Shown here one piece after another: positions 12,960 through 25,939 of a stretch of DNA of 64,000 nucleotides; the first letter of the stretch is position 1; each line of letters starts with the position of its first letter. Made by a program: the position numbers and the translations under genes. Below the pieces are notes generated by a model, which was not told where the DNA came from, did no database searches, and saw nothing but the letters and a program-made list of their open reading frames with translations. This stretch comes from Chiloscyllium plagiosum (lineage: Eukaryota): the NCBI RefSeq assembly GCF_004010195.1, contig NC_057711.1, forward strand, positions 81,543,366 to 81,607,365, written 5' to 3'.

Positions 12960-13900
12960 ACCTTAAGGAGAAAAGCAAACCTCTTGTTGTTGACATCTCC
13001 GTTCTCGCTATATTTTCCAAATTTCTCACCAGATTGTTCAAATGCAGGGAAAATTCTGCTAGTTATATTTAAATGCTTGCCTTTACTATGTGTTATCTTA
13101 TCTTTAAATTTCACAATCTACCTCAGCCAAGTTGACTTCCTAACAATCATAACTGGTTGTTTAAAGTACAACAACATTCTCAAATTCAGTATGAAATTCT
13201 GTCATCACAGCATCCTTTACTGTGATGGCAATTAGTCCCATATTACTAATACAAGATCTAAAATATTTTGTTCCTTCACTGGTTACACAACATATTGTTC
13301 CAGAAAATTGTCTCAAGTAAATTTGCAAACTCATCTCCAATTTGCCACATTTGCCAATTTGATTTGGCAAGTCCAGTGAAAGATAAAATTCCTACAGGAT
13401 TATGCATTAGCTTTGTTATATACTCCATAATTTTCAAATTTGAATTCCATTCAACATTATAATTACAGTTATGGGACCTATAATTGATTCACTCCAGTAT
13501 TCTCTGTCCTTTGCTATTTATGAGCTCCCCCCATGCTGACCATGCTTTTACTAATTTATTAGAATTATGTTTTACTATTCCTTCTATTTTATCCTTTATT
13601 GGCAGGGTCATGCCATCTCATTTTCAATTTCCATACCTTTTGTAAAGACCAAGCACCCTGGAATATTACCTCCCTAATATCAAATTCTTTGTAATGGTAT
13701 CTGAGCAATGGCACCTATATCAAATCTAGTCATCTCTGTCTGTTGCACTAATTCATTAAACTCTTTTTTGATAAGATAAATGTATTCATAGATAGTCCTT
13801 TTAGTTTAACTATTTACTCTTATGCTCCCTGATGTGACTTGAATTGCTGATACTCTACTATCATTGTCAAACACACTACTCTTCCTAACACAATGTGAGT
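12960..13900 (-). mobile_element. Highly decayed CR1 endonuclease-region fragment
   Basis: Remnant ILDLVL-type segment near 13250-13270, in CR1-like context. Confidence 0.5.
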
Positions 13901-15105
13901 TCAATCAGATTTGTAGCATGGGGCTTGAAGTTGCAGGGGCCAGTAAAATGATAGAGGAATATGAAAGAAGTATCTCTTAATTCTTCCTGCATCCATGCAA
14001 ATACTTCAGGGGATCAGGAATGCTAAGAAAGTAAAAGGTTTAGGCAACTGAACTTTTCAGTAGCTGAATGAAAGCAATGTTGTTGGTCTTTTAAAACTTC
14101 CTATTGAGGGCGGCCCTCTTGTGGTATAGTGATAGTGTCCCTACCCCTGTGCTCTCGAGGTGTGTAATAATACCTCTGAACAGGTAGATTAGAAAATTGG
14201 TTAAATTTTTTAAAATTCCTATTTAGTACAAGAGTTTCACAGGATATCATCTGTTGTGGTGAGACCTCACCAGTGGATGAATGTGGCTGGATTTGGCAGC
14301 CATGAATTACAGTGGAGTTGTCAAGCAGGAAGGCTGAGCTTCAGATGGACAAAGGTTTATAAATTTGGAGAGGTTGTCGAGTGTGAAGCATAGAAGAGAC
14401 AACTTGGTGTAAGGATGTTCCAATAAACCACTGCAGCAAATGTAGGCAACATAAGCAAGTTGATGGCCATTGAAAATTGAAGGTTCCAAATGTCAATGTG
14501 TGCTCTAACCTCTGAGTTTGTTTTCTCTAGTGAAAAGGAGAGTGGATGGGAGATACATTCCATGTGGCTGATACTGTATCTGCATCAAAGATGCACCAGT
14601 GTTACAACTATGATGGGAGGAATGTGCTGTTAATTAAACCCCATTATTCCATAAATCACATGATTTATATAACTATTTAAAATCAATCAACAAAATGGCC
14701 AATTGTTTTCCTGAGGAATTGACTTCTCAAATAAACCCAAAACAATCTGTTCAATGTATGAATTTATCCTTAAAACACGCAGCATTGATTAATATCTAAT
14801 ATATAACCAAAATTGCAATATTCCCTTTTAATCCCAAATAAAAATATTTTCACACACACATAGGAAAGAATAACTTTGTATTTAAAAAGAAGGAAAGAAC
14901 CACTTTCATTGACCAATGGTCTGTAAAACAAAAGAAAGAAGTTGATGAATTCTCATGGTCTACTGTTTATCAAGTTGAAAAAATTGAATTACTGATAGTC
15001 ACATACAAATGAAAGATCTTGTTATCAAAGTCTTCCAAGGTTTACAAGGTGGTCCAAAATCTGTGCTGTTGACTTTATTCGGTTCTTAGATTTCAACAGG
15101 AAAAT

Positions 15106-15128
15106 AGAGAGAGAGAGAGAGAGAGAGA
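15106..15128. repeat. (AG)n microsatellite
   Basis: About 11 AG units. Confidence 0.95.
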
Positions 15129-15399
15129 TCAAGCAGCCTGACTGCAGCCCTACTTTTCCTTCCTTGCCTCCAAGTGTTTGAAGCGGAAGTTAAATCCACC
15201 TTAGGTTGCTAGGCAACCATCAGCATAAGAGACCCCATAGCTGGCATTCTTTTCCCAGGTTCCTGTTCTGTAGTTCCTCTAGCCGACAGGTGTTCTTGAA
15301 GGGCGCTTGAATTCCTTTAGATAGATGCTTTGGAAAGGATATCTTTTAACTTGGGAATGCTGTTGCCCATCAACAGACGCACAGTCCATGACAGAAGTT

Positions 15400-15662
15400 A
15401 GATGCAGTTCCAGTGGCAAGGAAACTTCAATGACTGAGGATTGCCCTGCTGCAGACTTCGTCTGCTGACTTAACCTTTGATATCGCATGAATATCTTCCA
15501 TCTGGATCAGTGAAGCCTTGTTTTTGATTGGGCGTTGTCTGGTTTCTCCCCTCTGACCTTACCATATGGATAGCTCTACTAGGCATTGAGAACTCCTGAT
15601 GACATCACGCTCAGGTCAATGGAACACTCACACTTCTCCACCGCAGAAAGGAGGCAATCGAC
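15400..15662 (-). mobile_element. Possible RTE-clade LINE 5' remnant
   Basis: Reverse complement ...tggtaaggtcagaggggagaaaccagac... resembles fish RTE/Expander 5' ends as I recall them. Confidence 0.35.
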
Positions 15663-17109
15663 GGAACTGCATAACTACAATAATGTAAAACCCATCACCT
15701 TCTGTGCTTCTCCATTCCCTAAAATTATAAGTGCAGTTGTTCTGTGATGTCAGAAATACATAGTGCCACACTTGTCTCACGTGCTCTGCAATGTACTTCT
15801 ATACTATATCCCAAATCCCTTGATGTCATTATTAACAGCTCTTGTCAGTGAAGTGAATACTTTTGATTGACCATAGACTTCGTGCATAGGTGACGCTGAG
15901 GCTCCATGTGAAACTGCTTCTTCCTGATGAAAGAACCAGCCACCTTACATCATTCCTTATTGGTGTTAGGCATTCAAGGATTCTCTTTACTCTACAAGAC
16001 CTCACAAGGTCATTAAAGTGCTTACAACATTTAAAAGATATTTGGATAGGTACATGAATAGGAAAAGTTTAGAGGGAATTGGGCCAAACATAGGAAAGTG
16101 GGACTAGTTTAGTTTTGACCTCCTCCTTCCATCCAGTGGGAACAGAAGCTTTCTGTCTTTCACTTCAGTGACCGCAGTAACATCTGCACAGAGTTATCAT
16201 TTAGACATGGAGCCACTCTCACCCCATGGCAACCATTTCTCCACATGGGTTCCCTTGCTCTCTATCCTTCCCAATGCCCTCATTATTTGCAGCCTGTATG
16301 AAGGTTGTGGACTGTACTTTAAAAACGATGCCTCCCATCAACTTATCATCCATCACCTGTTATTGACCACTCTCCCACCTGTCAGAGGTTTGGAGGCTAC
16401 AGAATCTCAAGAAAAGAAATCTCACCACTGCTCCTGCATAGGCTTACAGGATCTTGACTTTACTTAGGTGGCAAAATTCAACCCTATCTTTTTGATTTCA
16501 TCCAAATTACTGCTTTTCTGTACATCCTTAACTGTTCCCTTCAGACCTATAGATGTAGTACTTATCACAATTCTTAGTTTACAGAACTTTCTGCACGAAG
16601 ACAGCTATTCACCCACTACTTGCAAATTCTTAAATTGTTCACGTTTGCTGATTTATTCAGTTAACATTGCAATCTCTGAATTAAAGGCTTGTGTGCTCAA
16701 GCTCTCAAACAGATGTTTAAGCTCATAGGACAGAATTTTATTTACCTCCACCACACCAGCAGCCAGATGGCAACTTTCCCAACTAACTACACATCCTGTC
16801 CATCCAGGGTTGATGGACAAGCCCATGTAGCACCCATCTTGCCTCAGTATGCAACCTCTCCCATGGCTCTTTGTTGAGTCTGCCTGAAGTAGCAGAGGTG
16901 GTTTGCAATCCTGATAGCTCTGCTGAGACTGTAGAGTTGACAGTCATCTGATAGTTCAGCAGGTCTTGGAAACAGAATATCCTTTCACATGCCATTCATT
17001 TCCTAATGACCATGAAATCCTAGAGAGGTTTCCCAGGCTCATGAATGCTAGCTTGGTTTTCAGCTGTTGGACAGGGCCACTACACCCATGAAAAGCTCAA
17101 GCCATAATC

Positions 17110-17270
17110 TCAGTTGGCATTTCAGTTCAGTGCTAATGGGGTGCAGCAATTTCAGAGGTGGCAATTGAGTAATTAACAAATCAATGTCCCACCTGCATAA
17201 TCATATAAAAGATGGCATGAAGAAGAGCAGAGTTCTCTCGGTGCCCTGGCAAACATTTGTCCCCGGTCAA
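17110..17270 (+). mobile_element. DeuSINE (Deu-domain) remnant
   Basis: taaaagatggcatgaagaagagcagagttctctcggtgccctggcaaacatttgtccc resembles the conserved Deu-domain of AmnSINE1/SacSINE1. Confidence 0.6.
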
Positions 17271-17992
17271 GTGAGCCTCAGGTTCCTGAGCAAGAGAGTC
17301 ACTTGACCTGCAATGTTAACTCTGATTTCTCTCCATAGATGCTGCAGACCTGCTGAGCTTTTCCAGCAATTTCGATTTTTGTTTCTGACTTACAGCATCA
17401 GTAGTTCTTTCTTTTTTTATTTAAGTAGTGACACATTGCAAGGTGTACTACCTTTGAACGAGAAATAAAATCAAGATCCTGTGTTCATTAAGGTGACTGA
17501 AACTTTGAAATAAAGTTTATTTAGATATGGCATGAAGAAGTCATTTAGAAAAAAACCTTTAACTGCTTTCAAATCCTAAAATTCCATTGTTCTATTGGAG
17601 TAAGTTATAACTCAAGTAAAATGTGCATTGATTCTCAAGCCCCACTACTCCCATGGTCACCACAAATATTAGTGATTAAATCAAAGGTCACAATGTTCCA
17701 AATTTACAGGTCTGCTGGAATCAAATGAAGAGAAAACACTGACCAGGTTCCTATCCTTAACAAGAACTACTATTTATTACAAATAAGTAAATTGTAAACG
17801 CAAGAACACATGTATGAACTATCCATGTATGATTCTACCAGATATAATTCTCACCCTGTTTACGCAAAAAACCCAAATCTACATGCAGACAAATGCAGAT
17901 GAACAAAAAATGTAGTTGAATGGGTAGGAAAATCAGAGAAACACTGTTGAACAGCACCAGCCCACAGGGTTTATTAAGATGTTCCTTTCACT

Positions 17993-18322
17993 TCATAGAA
18001 TCCTACAGTGTGGAAGCAGGCATTCACCCCATCAAGTTCACATCCACCCTCCAAAAAGCATTCCACCCAGAACCATGTCCCTACTCTGTCCACGTAGCCC
18101 TACATTTTCCATAGCTAACCCACCTAGTGTGCACATCCCTGGACACTATGGGGCAACTTAACATAACCAATCTATCTAACCTGCACAAAACCAGAGTATC
18201 CGGAGGAAACCTACACAAATGCAGGGAGAATGTGCAAACTCCACGTAGACAGTTGCCCAACGGTAGAATCAAACCCAGGTCCCTAATGCTGTCCGGCAGC
18301 AGTGCAAGCCACTGTGCCACCT
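17993..18322 (-). mobile_element. HE1-type V-SINE
   Basis: tRNA-like head, V-domain gtggagtttgcacattctccc and CR1-like tail, all on the reverse strand. Confidence 0.9.
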
Positions 18323-19224
18323 CAAAACCTGCCTTGGAGTCATTCACTTGCCAAGATTCTTCAATCACCATTCTCCAGATCCTTTCACTTCTTTTCTGGA
18401 GGCAGAGGATGATTGGCACACTAATTATAAAATCTCTTTGTTACTGGTTAAAGCCAACAGGTGGCAGGAACTGGTGGGAGAAAAAAAACACTCACTTTCT
18501 TCAGCATTCAAGTATTTTTACTGCAGAAAAAGACATACATAATCTTCATGTAGTGCCTGTATTGTTCACATCCACAAGCTGTTCAGCTACCAGTCTTGTC
18601 ACTAGACTGATGACTTATGGTATATATTACTGGTCATGATTGCACGAACCAGTCAGCTACCTGTTGCCAGCCAAATCTCACTCTGCACTGACACCTAATG
18701 CCATGTCATTGATAAACATCCTCCTCTACTATTGTAAAATGCACCAGTGTAAAAACTATACCCAATGAGTTTCATAACCTGTCTTTAAAAGTGCAGCAAT
18801 TTCTCTCACAGTGCTTGGTTGTAAAATAATCATTTTTCCATTTTAGTTCACAAACAATAATACAGAAAATGAAATGATATAGTCTATAAAAGTGAAGATC
18901 AATGACTTCTAGAGTTTATCAAGCTACAACATATTGATATACTGCCTTACTGTGACTTAGTCAAGTACATCAGATTTATTATTCATATTTGTCTTAAAAA
19001 GCACAAGGGTTATTAAAACTGAATCTCAAGCATGATTTACAGCACACATTACCAGCAGGTTGCTGGTTGGATTATTTCAGTCATGCCCACCTACTCAATA
19101 ATTGCTTTAATTTGTGTTTTAGTTATTATGCAGCAGTCCACTAAAGCAGTGTTTAATTCAGTGTAGCAAATGGGAATTGACTATAATTATATTTTAAGCA
19201 CTGTCGTCACTAAATGATCCATAC

Positions 19225-19432
19225 CTCTATAAAGAAGTGTTTAAGACACATAAATACAAGAAGGGCATTTCTAGCCATTAATATTTGTTGAAACCTTTCC
19301 AGCCACATCATTCTAGTCAGCTGAATTACTTCTGTAGTTGTGTGATTTCAATCTACAATATACTGTATTGATATATAATGACATATCTGAAAGAACACGT
19401 TCCATCCCTCTCAAAATTTAATATTCAAAATC
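19225..19432 (-). pseudogene. Candidate 208-nt exon DFEY*ILRGMERVLSD.../...EVIQLTRMMWLERFQQILMARNALLVFMCLKHFFIE
   Basis: Acceptor tttctattacag, donor GAG|gtatgg; phase 0 at both ends if one internal frameshift is allowed. Confidence 0.5.
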
Positions 19433-20379
19433 CTGTAATAGAAATAATTTTCTAACAGAACATGCCATTGTTGTCTCGAAAATAAAAAAAATTGAAAAAT
19501 AGTGTAAAAAAGTGAATTTGTTGTATAATAATTATAACACTTTACTAGGAATTTACACATTAACAAAACACTGCATGATTGCTTTTTAAAATTAATTTTG
19601 AGCCACATCTGACACTAAATGGGTTATTTTGGTTGCCATAATTACACACAAGACTGATTAATTGTAACCAATCCTTTGGAAGCACTTGATCCTATGGGTG
19701 AATAAAATATTGAAATGTTTATAACATTATCAAATAAATAGAAATAACATTTAGGAAGCATAGAGTATCCTTTGCAGTTAGGACTTATTTTCCTTTTGTT
19801 AGTGTAGTAATTCAGGAACGTATTATAGGGCAGAGCTTTATCCTTGGTCTACTGAATATGATTGATTTTTCTTAAAGAGACACTCATAAAATAAAGCTGA
19901 CAGAGTGATTTCTCATCTGTGTCTATACTCACTGAACCATGTGGGTTAGATCATCATTGAAATAGGAGGTCACACCATTCTAGGGATAAATGCTTTCCAG
20001 TTACTGGAGCGTGGCATAAACAATCCGTACAACCTGATTGTCTGAATCATTCAACCATAGCCAATGAAAATAAAATCTAACAATGAGTTTAACTGTTCAC
20101 TAAGCAAGCCTGAGAACTAGCAGATATTTAGTACACTAAGCACAGTGCTAGTTTGTAGTTGTCACAAATAGGACAGACAACAAATGCTAATTATTTATTT
20201 TATGAAGGTTAATTCTACCTAAAATAAAAGAAAATAAAAATTGAAGTTGAAATGTGATACATACAAGATTAGTTAATGTTTTATTCTGAGGATGTCAATT
20301 AGAACCTTTGTTTTAAGAGCGTAGTTTCAAGTTGCTTAACTAGAATGCAATAATAAATAAAAATATATAAAAATTGTAC

Positions 20380-20437
20380 CTGGTTTATAAATTCTTCTAA
20401 TGATAAATGTTCAAAATATTTACAATAATCAACAGTT
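20380..20437 (-). pseudogene. Candidate 58-nt exon TVDYCKYFEHLSLEEFINQ
   Basis: Acceptor aattctag, donor CAG|gtacaa; only one open frame, which joins in phase 0 to 19432. Confidence 0.5.
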
Positions 20438-20464
20438 CTAGAATTCAACAGGCATTTGTTAAAA

Positions 20465-20760
20465 TGGTGGCTCAGTGGTTAGCACTGCTGCCTCACAGCA
20501 CTAGGGTCCCAGGTTCAATTCCAGCCTCCGGTGACTGTCTGTGTGGAGTTTGCATATTCTCCCTGTGTCTGCATGGATTCCCTCCTGGTGCTCCTGTTTC
20601 CTCCCACTGTCCAAAGATGTGCAGATCAGGCGAATTGACCATGCTAAATTGCCCATAGGTGCATTAGTCAGAGGGTAGTGGATCTGGATGGGTTATTCTT
20701 CGGAGGTACGGAATGGACTGGTTGGACTGAAGGGCCTGTTTCCACACTGTAGGGAATCTA
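20465..20760 (+). mobile_element. HE1-type V-SINE
   Basis: ggtggctcagtggttagcactgctgcctcacagc head, V-domain, and gggcctgtttccacactgtagg tail. Confidence 0.92.
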
Positions 20761-20789
20761 ACCTTGAAAAAAAGGTTGGCTTACTTGCT

Positions 20790-21969
20790 AAAGAATAGGT
20801 GGGGAGGTAGAAGGAGTGAATGATAGGTGGAGAGGGAGCCCAACGAAAGAGAACAACAACTAGACAGACAAAAGAACGTATAAAGGTCAGCTTAAGGGGA
20901 TAATTTGCTGCTAATGGAGACCATTAGTAGCTGACAATGAGTTGTTTGTCATAGTAGCACGTGATGACAAGACCTGGTGTGTGAGAGTTGGGGTAAGGAC
21001 ATGAGAGAAGGTGCTCAGATTCCTGCAGAAGGCTGGCAAGATGGGGAAAAAGTAACTAGTGGTGGCATCCTGCTGGCAATGACGGTTAATGATCCTTTGC
21101 ATGTAGATGCTGGTGGGGTGATAGGTGAGGACAAGGGGGATCCTATCGTTGTTGTGGACAGGGAGAGCACGGTTAAGGGATGAAGAGAGGGAGATGGGTT
21201 GGGCATGGCTGAGGGCCCTGTCAACCACAGTGCTGGGGAGTCCTCGGTTGAGAAAGAAGGTGGACATTTTAGAGGCCCCGTGAAAGGTGGCATCATCAGA
21301 ACAGACTCAATGGAGACAGAGAAACCGGGTGAATGGAATATGTTTTTACAGGAAGGAGGATTTGAGGATGTCTAGTCAAAGTAATGAGAGTCAATGGGTT
21401 TGCAGTGGATACTGGTGACCAGCCAATGCAGAGGAATGGAAACAGAGATGTCAAGAAAGGGAGGGGAAGAGTCAGAGATGGACCAGATGAAGGGGAGCAT
21501 AGGGTGGAAATTGGAAGCAAAATTGAAAAGATTTTCCAATTCCAGACAAGAGAGGGAAGCAGATGTCATCAATGTTCCAGAGAAAGAGTTGTGGATAGGG
21601 ACCAGAGTAAGAATAGAACAAGGAATGTTCCATATACCCCAAAAAGAGACAAAACTCTTCTTCCAGTGTATCTGACATGTTCTTCCAGGTCGTTACCTAT
21701 ATTCCCCACACACCAGACCTTGTCATCACATGGGCTGCTACCACAAATAACCCATTGCCAGCTACTAATGGTCTCCAATAGCAGCTATTCATTCTCCCAG
21801 GCTGACCTTTTCCCACTCCTTTGTCTGCTCAATTATATTTCTCTCTGTCTGGGCTCCACCTCTACTTGTTCACTCCTTCCCCTTCCCCCACCCTTTATTT
21901 ACCAAATATACCAATCTTTTCCTAATCACAATTAATTCTGAAGAAGGGTCACTGGACCTGAAATGTTAA
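20790..21969 (-). mobile_element. Penelope-like element: decayed RT between inverted terminal-repeat copies
   Basis: ORF pieces LWNIDDIC, FASNFHP...PFLDISVSI, FLNRGLPSTVVDRAL...IPLVLTYHP; about 20800-21018 is the reverse complement of about 21671-21890; hammerhead-like core at 21938-21967; the repeat resumes at 25005-25082. Confidence 0.85.
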
Positions 21970-24900
21970 GAACATAGAACATAGAACAGTACAGCACAGT
22001 ACAGGCCTTTCGGCCCTCGATATTGTGCGATCGTTTTATCCGACTCTAAGATCAGACTTCATACCCTTTATTGTATTATCTTCCATGTGCCGATCCAAGT
22101 GATGCTTAAATGTCCCTAATGTATCTGACTCTACTACCACTGCTGACAGTGCATTCCATGCACCCACCCATCTCTGTATAAAGAACCTACCTCTGATATC
22201 TTCCCTAAACTTTCCTCTAATCACCTTAAAATTATGCCCTCTCATGTTAGCGATTTCTGCCTTGGGAAAAAGTCTCTGGCTTTCCACTGTACCTATGCCT
22301 CACATCACCTTGTATACCTCTATCAAGTCACCTCTCATCCTTCTTCGCTCCAATGAGAAAAGCTCTAACTCTCTCAATCTTTCTTCATAAGACATGCCCT
22401 CCAGTCCAGGCAGCATCCTGGTAAATCTCCTCTGCACCCTCTCTAAAGCTTTCACATCCTTCCTATAATGAGGCAACCAGAACTAAACACAATATTCCAA
22501 GTGTGGTCTAACCAGGGGTCTTAAAGTCAATCCCCCTACTATTGAAAGGCAACACACCATGCATCTTCTTGACAACCCTATCAACTTGGGTGGCAAGTTT
22601 GAGGTATCTATGTGCATGGACCCCAAGATCCCTCTGTTCGTCCACACTGCCAAGAATCTTGTCTTTAACCCTGTATTCTGCGTTCAAATTTGACCTTCCA
22701 AAGTGGATCACTTCATACTTTTCCAGGTTGAACACCATCTGCCACTTATCAGTTCTGCATCCTAATAAGTGATAAATGGTAAATGATCTTGATAAATGAT
22801 CTTTGGCAAAGATCATTGCCAAAGTCACAACAATCTCCTCCATCACTTCCTGTAGTAACCTAAGGTATATCCCATCTGGTCCAGGGGATTTATCTAACCT
22901 TATGATTTTCAAAGTGTTCAGCACATCCTTCTTAACATCAACTTGTTCAAACATATCAGTCTGTTTCATGCTATCATCAGAAAATCCAAGGTCCCTCTCA
23001 GTAGTGAATACTAAAACGAATTATTCATTAAGGACCTCCCCTACCTCCTATGACTCCAGGTTTAAGTTCCCTCCATTATCTCTGATCAGACCTACCCTCA
23101 CTCTGGCCATCCTCTTGTTCTTCGCTTAAGTGTATAATGCCTTGGGGTTTTTCTTAATCCTACCTGCTAAAGTTTTTTCATGCCCCCTTCTAGCTCTCCT
23201 AGGTCCATTCTTCAGTTCCTTCATGACTACCTTATGACCTCTGGAGCCCTGTCTGGCCCTTGCCTCCTCAACCTTAAGTAAGCTTCCTTCTTCCCCTTGG
23301 CTAGATGTTCCATATCTCTTGTCACCCAAGGTTCTTTCACTCTACCATCCTTTCCTTGCCTCAGTGGGACAAACTGGTCCAGCACTATCAGCAAGTGCTT
23401 CCTAAACAACTTCCATATTTCTGCTGTGCATTTCCCTAAGAACATCTGTTCTGAATTTAGGCACCCCAGTTCCTGCCTAATAGCATTGTAATTCCCCCTC
23501 CTCTCATTAAATACTTTCCCATACTGTCTGCTTCTATCCCTCTCCATGACAATAGTAAAGGTCAGGGGGTTGTGATCACTGTCACTGAAATGCTCTCCCA
23601 ATGAGAGATCTGACACCTGGCCTGGTTCATTGCCAAGCACCAAATCCAAGATTGCTCCCTTCTAGTCGGCCTATCTACATATTGAGTCAGGAACCCTTAC
23701 TGGACACACCTGACAAAAACTGCTCTATCCCCAAACTATTTGAACTAAATAGGTTCCAATCACTAAAAGGGAAGTTAAAGTCACCCATGACACCAACCCT
23801 GTTACTTCTACACATTTCCAAAATCTGCCTCCCAATCTGCTCAGCTGGGTCTTGTTGCCATTGAAGAGGTTGGTAGAAAACTCCCAATAAAGTGACTGCT
23901 CCTTTCTTGTTTCTGACTTCCAGACAAACCCTCCTCGATGATCTCCTTTTCTGCAGCTGTGATACTATCCCTAATTAGCAATGCCACTCCTTTACCTCTT
24001 TTACCTTGCTCTCATTCCTTTTAAACATTTAAACCATAGAATATCCAACAACTATTCCTGACTTGTGATATCCAAGTCTCTATAATGGCCACAGCATCAT
24101 TGTTCCAAGTACTGATCCATGCTCTACGTTCATCACCCTTCTTCCTGATACTTCTTGCATTAAAATAAGCACATTTCAACCCATCACATGGCTGCACCTT
24201 TGCCCTATCAAGTGCCTATTCCCTCCTCACAGACTCTCTGCATGCTGTACCTGGCTGTTCACCAGCTACTTCATCCTGGACTTGTATACCCTTGAGTTTA
24301 AAAGACTGAGAAGGGATCTGATTGAGACATAAGATTATTAAAGGTTTGGAGGCAGGAAACATGTTTCCGATGATGGGTGAGTGCCGAACCAGAGGACACA
24401 GCTTAAAAATACGGGGTAGACCATTTAGGACAGAGATGAGGAGAAACTTCTTCACCCAGAGAGTGGTGGCTGTGTGGAATGCTCTGCCCCAGAGGGCAGT
24501 GGAGGCCCAGTCTCTGGATTCATTTAAGAAAGCGTTGGATAGAGCTCTCAAGGATAGTGGAATCAAGGGTTATGGAGATATGGCAGGAAAAGGATACTGA
24601 TTAAGGATGATCAGCCATGATCATATTGAATGGTGGTGTGGGCTCGAAGGGCTGAATGGCCTACTCCTGCACCTATTGTCTATCCTCTGATCCGTAGCTC
24701 CTGTTCCCAACCCCCACCCACTGATCCAGTTTAAACCCTACTGAAGAGCTCTAGCAAACTTCCCGCCCAGGATATTGGTGCCCCTTCAGTTCAGGTGAAA
24801 CCTGTCGTTCTTCCCCAGAAGGTATCCCGAGTATAACAGTTCACATGCCCAGCAATCTCCGTGTCCACTTCTTTTGAGCCTTCGCTCCGCCTATTCACGA

Positions 24901-25003
24901 GGTAAGTCTATAAGAAGGGAATTTCCCTTCCCACAGCCCCATGGTCCTCGCTGGCACCGCTCCTGCCGCTGAAATGGAGACCACTGATCCACAAGGTAAG
25001 TCT
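21970..25003 (-). mobile_element. Internally deleted CR1 LINE (5' region, endonuclease, RT core missing, 3' tail)
   Basis: GVMGDFNFP, LDLVLGNEPGQV, SDSDHN and DKSPGPDGIY are followed directly by DKWQMVFN; AGAACAT-repeat tail; TTAA at both junctions. Confidence 0.92.
24278..24681 (+). mobile_element. Young CR1 3' fragment nested in opposite orientation
   Basis: RTRGHSLKIRGRPFRTEMRRNFFTQRVV; ATCCT at 24273-24277 and 24682-24686. Confidence 0.92.
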
Positions 25004-25432
25004 TTAACTCAGTTTTCTTTCCACAGATGCTGGTAGATCTGGTGAGTTTTTCCAGCAATTTCTGTTTTTGTTTCTGATTCCAACACCAGACATGTTCCTG
25101 TGATGGTAAAACTAGCCTATAGAGAGATGCAGCAAACTAGATCTATATCCTTATTGAAACCTACAAAATACTTCAAGGTATATAGACAAGGTTAATGCAG
25201 ATGAGAAGATGTCCCTTGTTGGGTTGGTTTTGTTTTTTGGGATTTTTTTTGGTTTTTTTAAATTAATTTTTAATGTTGGCTAATTTTTTTAGTCTTAGCT
25301 AGTTCCTGTGCCTTTGTTGAAAAGGAGATAGGAATGCTTAAAGTTCAGTGGATTCTTTTAGTTCAATTTCTCATTATTCAATTGGACACAAATTTGCAAT
25401 AAAATATTGATCTCAACGTTCACTACACATAC

Positions 25433-25534
25433 CAGACATGGACAAAATGAAGTTGAAAAAGAATATAATGACTCCCAAGCAGTTTGTAAATGTGATAAAT
25501 GCTTTGCGAATCGAAACCTGAATATCAGAGCTTT
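25433..25534 (-). pseudogene. Candidate 102-nt exon (frame ambiguous, e.g. KALIFRFRFAKHLSHLQTAWESL...)
   Basis: Acceptor ttcttcctgatttag, donor CTG|gtatgt; two open frames; phase does not cleanly match the next block. Confidence 0.35.
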
Positions 25535-25939
25535 CTAAATCAGGAAGAACATTTTAAAAATCAATTATTAATTATTTCTCCTGAGAAAGGAAAAATTGTA
25601 TTCTACTGTCTTTGTACATAATTTCCACTATTTGAAGACACAAAGTGAGATTTTATAAGAAAGCAGTTGAATATATACTGATTTGGCAAGAGGGGCCTAG
25701 AGTATGGTAAACTGATTATGTTACACCATTAAATATTTTATGGTGAAATTTTCCCCTCTCTGTTTGATATGAACAATGGGGAAAATATGGTGAAAATGAA
25801 AAATAAAATTCAAAATTATGGCGTGAAGAAAATGTTTTCCAATTTTCCCATAAATGTTAAATGCTGACTTCAGAACCCCACTATTGAGCAGCGACCTCCT
25901 TGAATATGCATTTCATTATTTGTGAATTCGTCCTATGTC

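Noticed and set aside
18496..18520. 25-nt micro-exon with good splice sites on the minus strand
   Set aside because: It has stops in all frames, and the flanking candidate exons already join in phase without it.
19418..19432. DFEY* as the true C-terminus of a separate gene
   Set aside because: Coding-like sequence continues to a good donor at 19225 that joins the 7558 block, so the stop is more likely premature.
20465..20530. tRNA genes at SINE heads (also 34661, 47120-47193, 56748)
   Set aside because: The A/B-box-like heads run straight into SINE bodies; no complete cloverleaf was seen.
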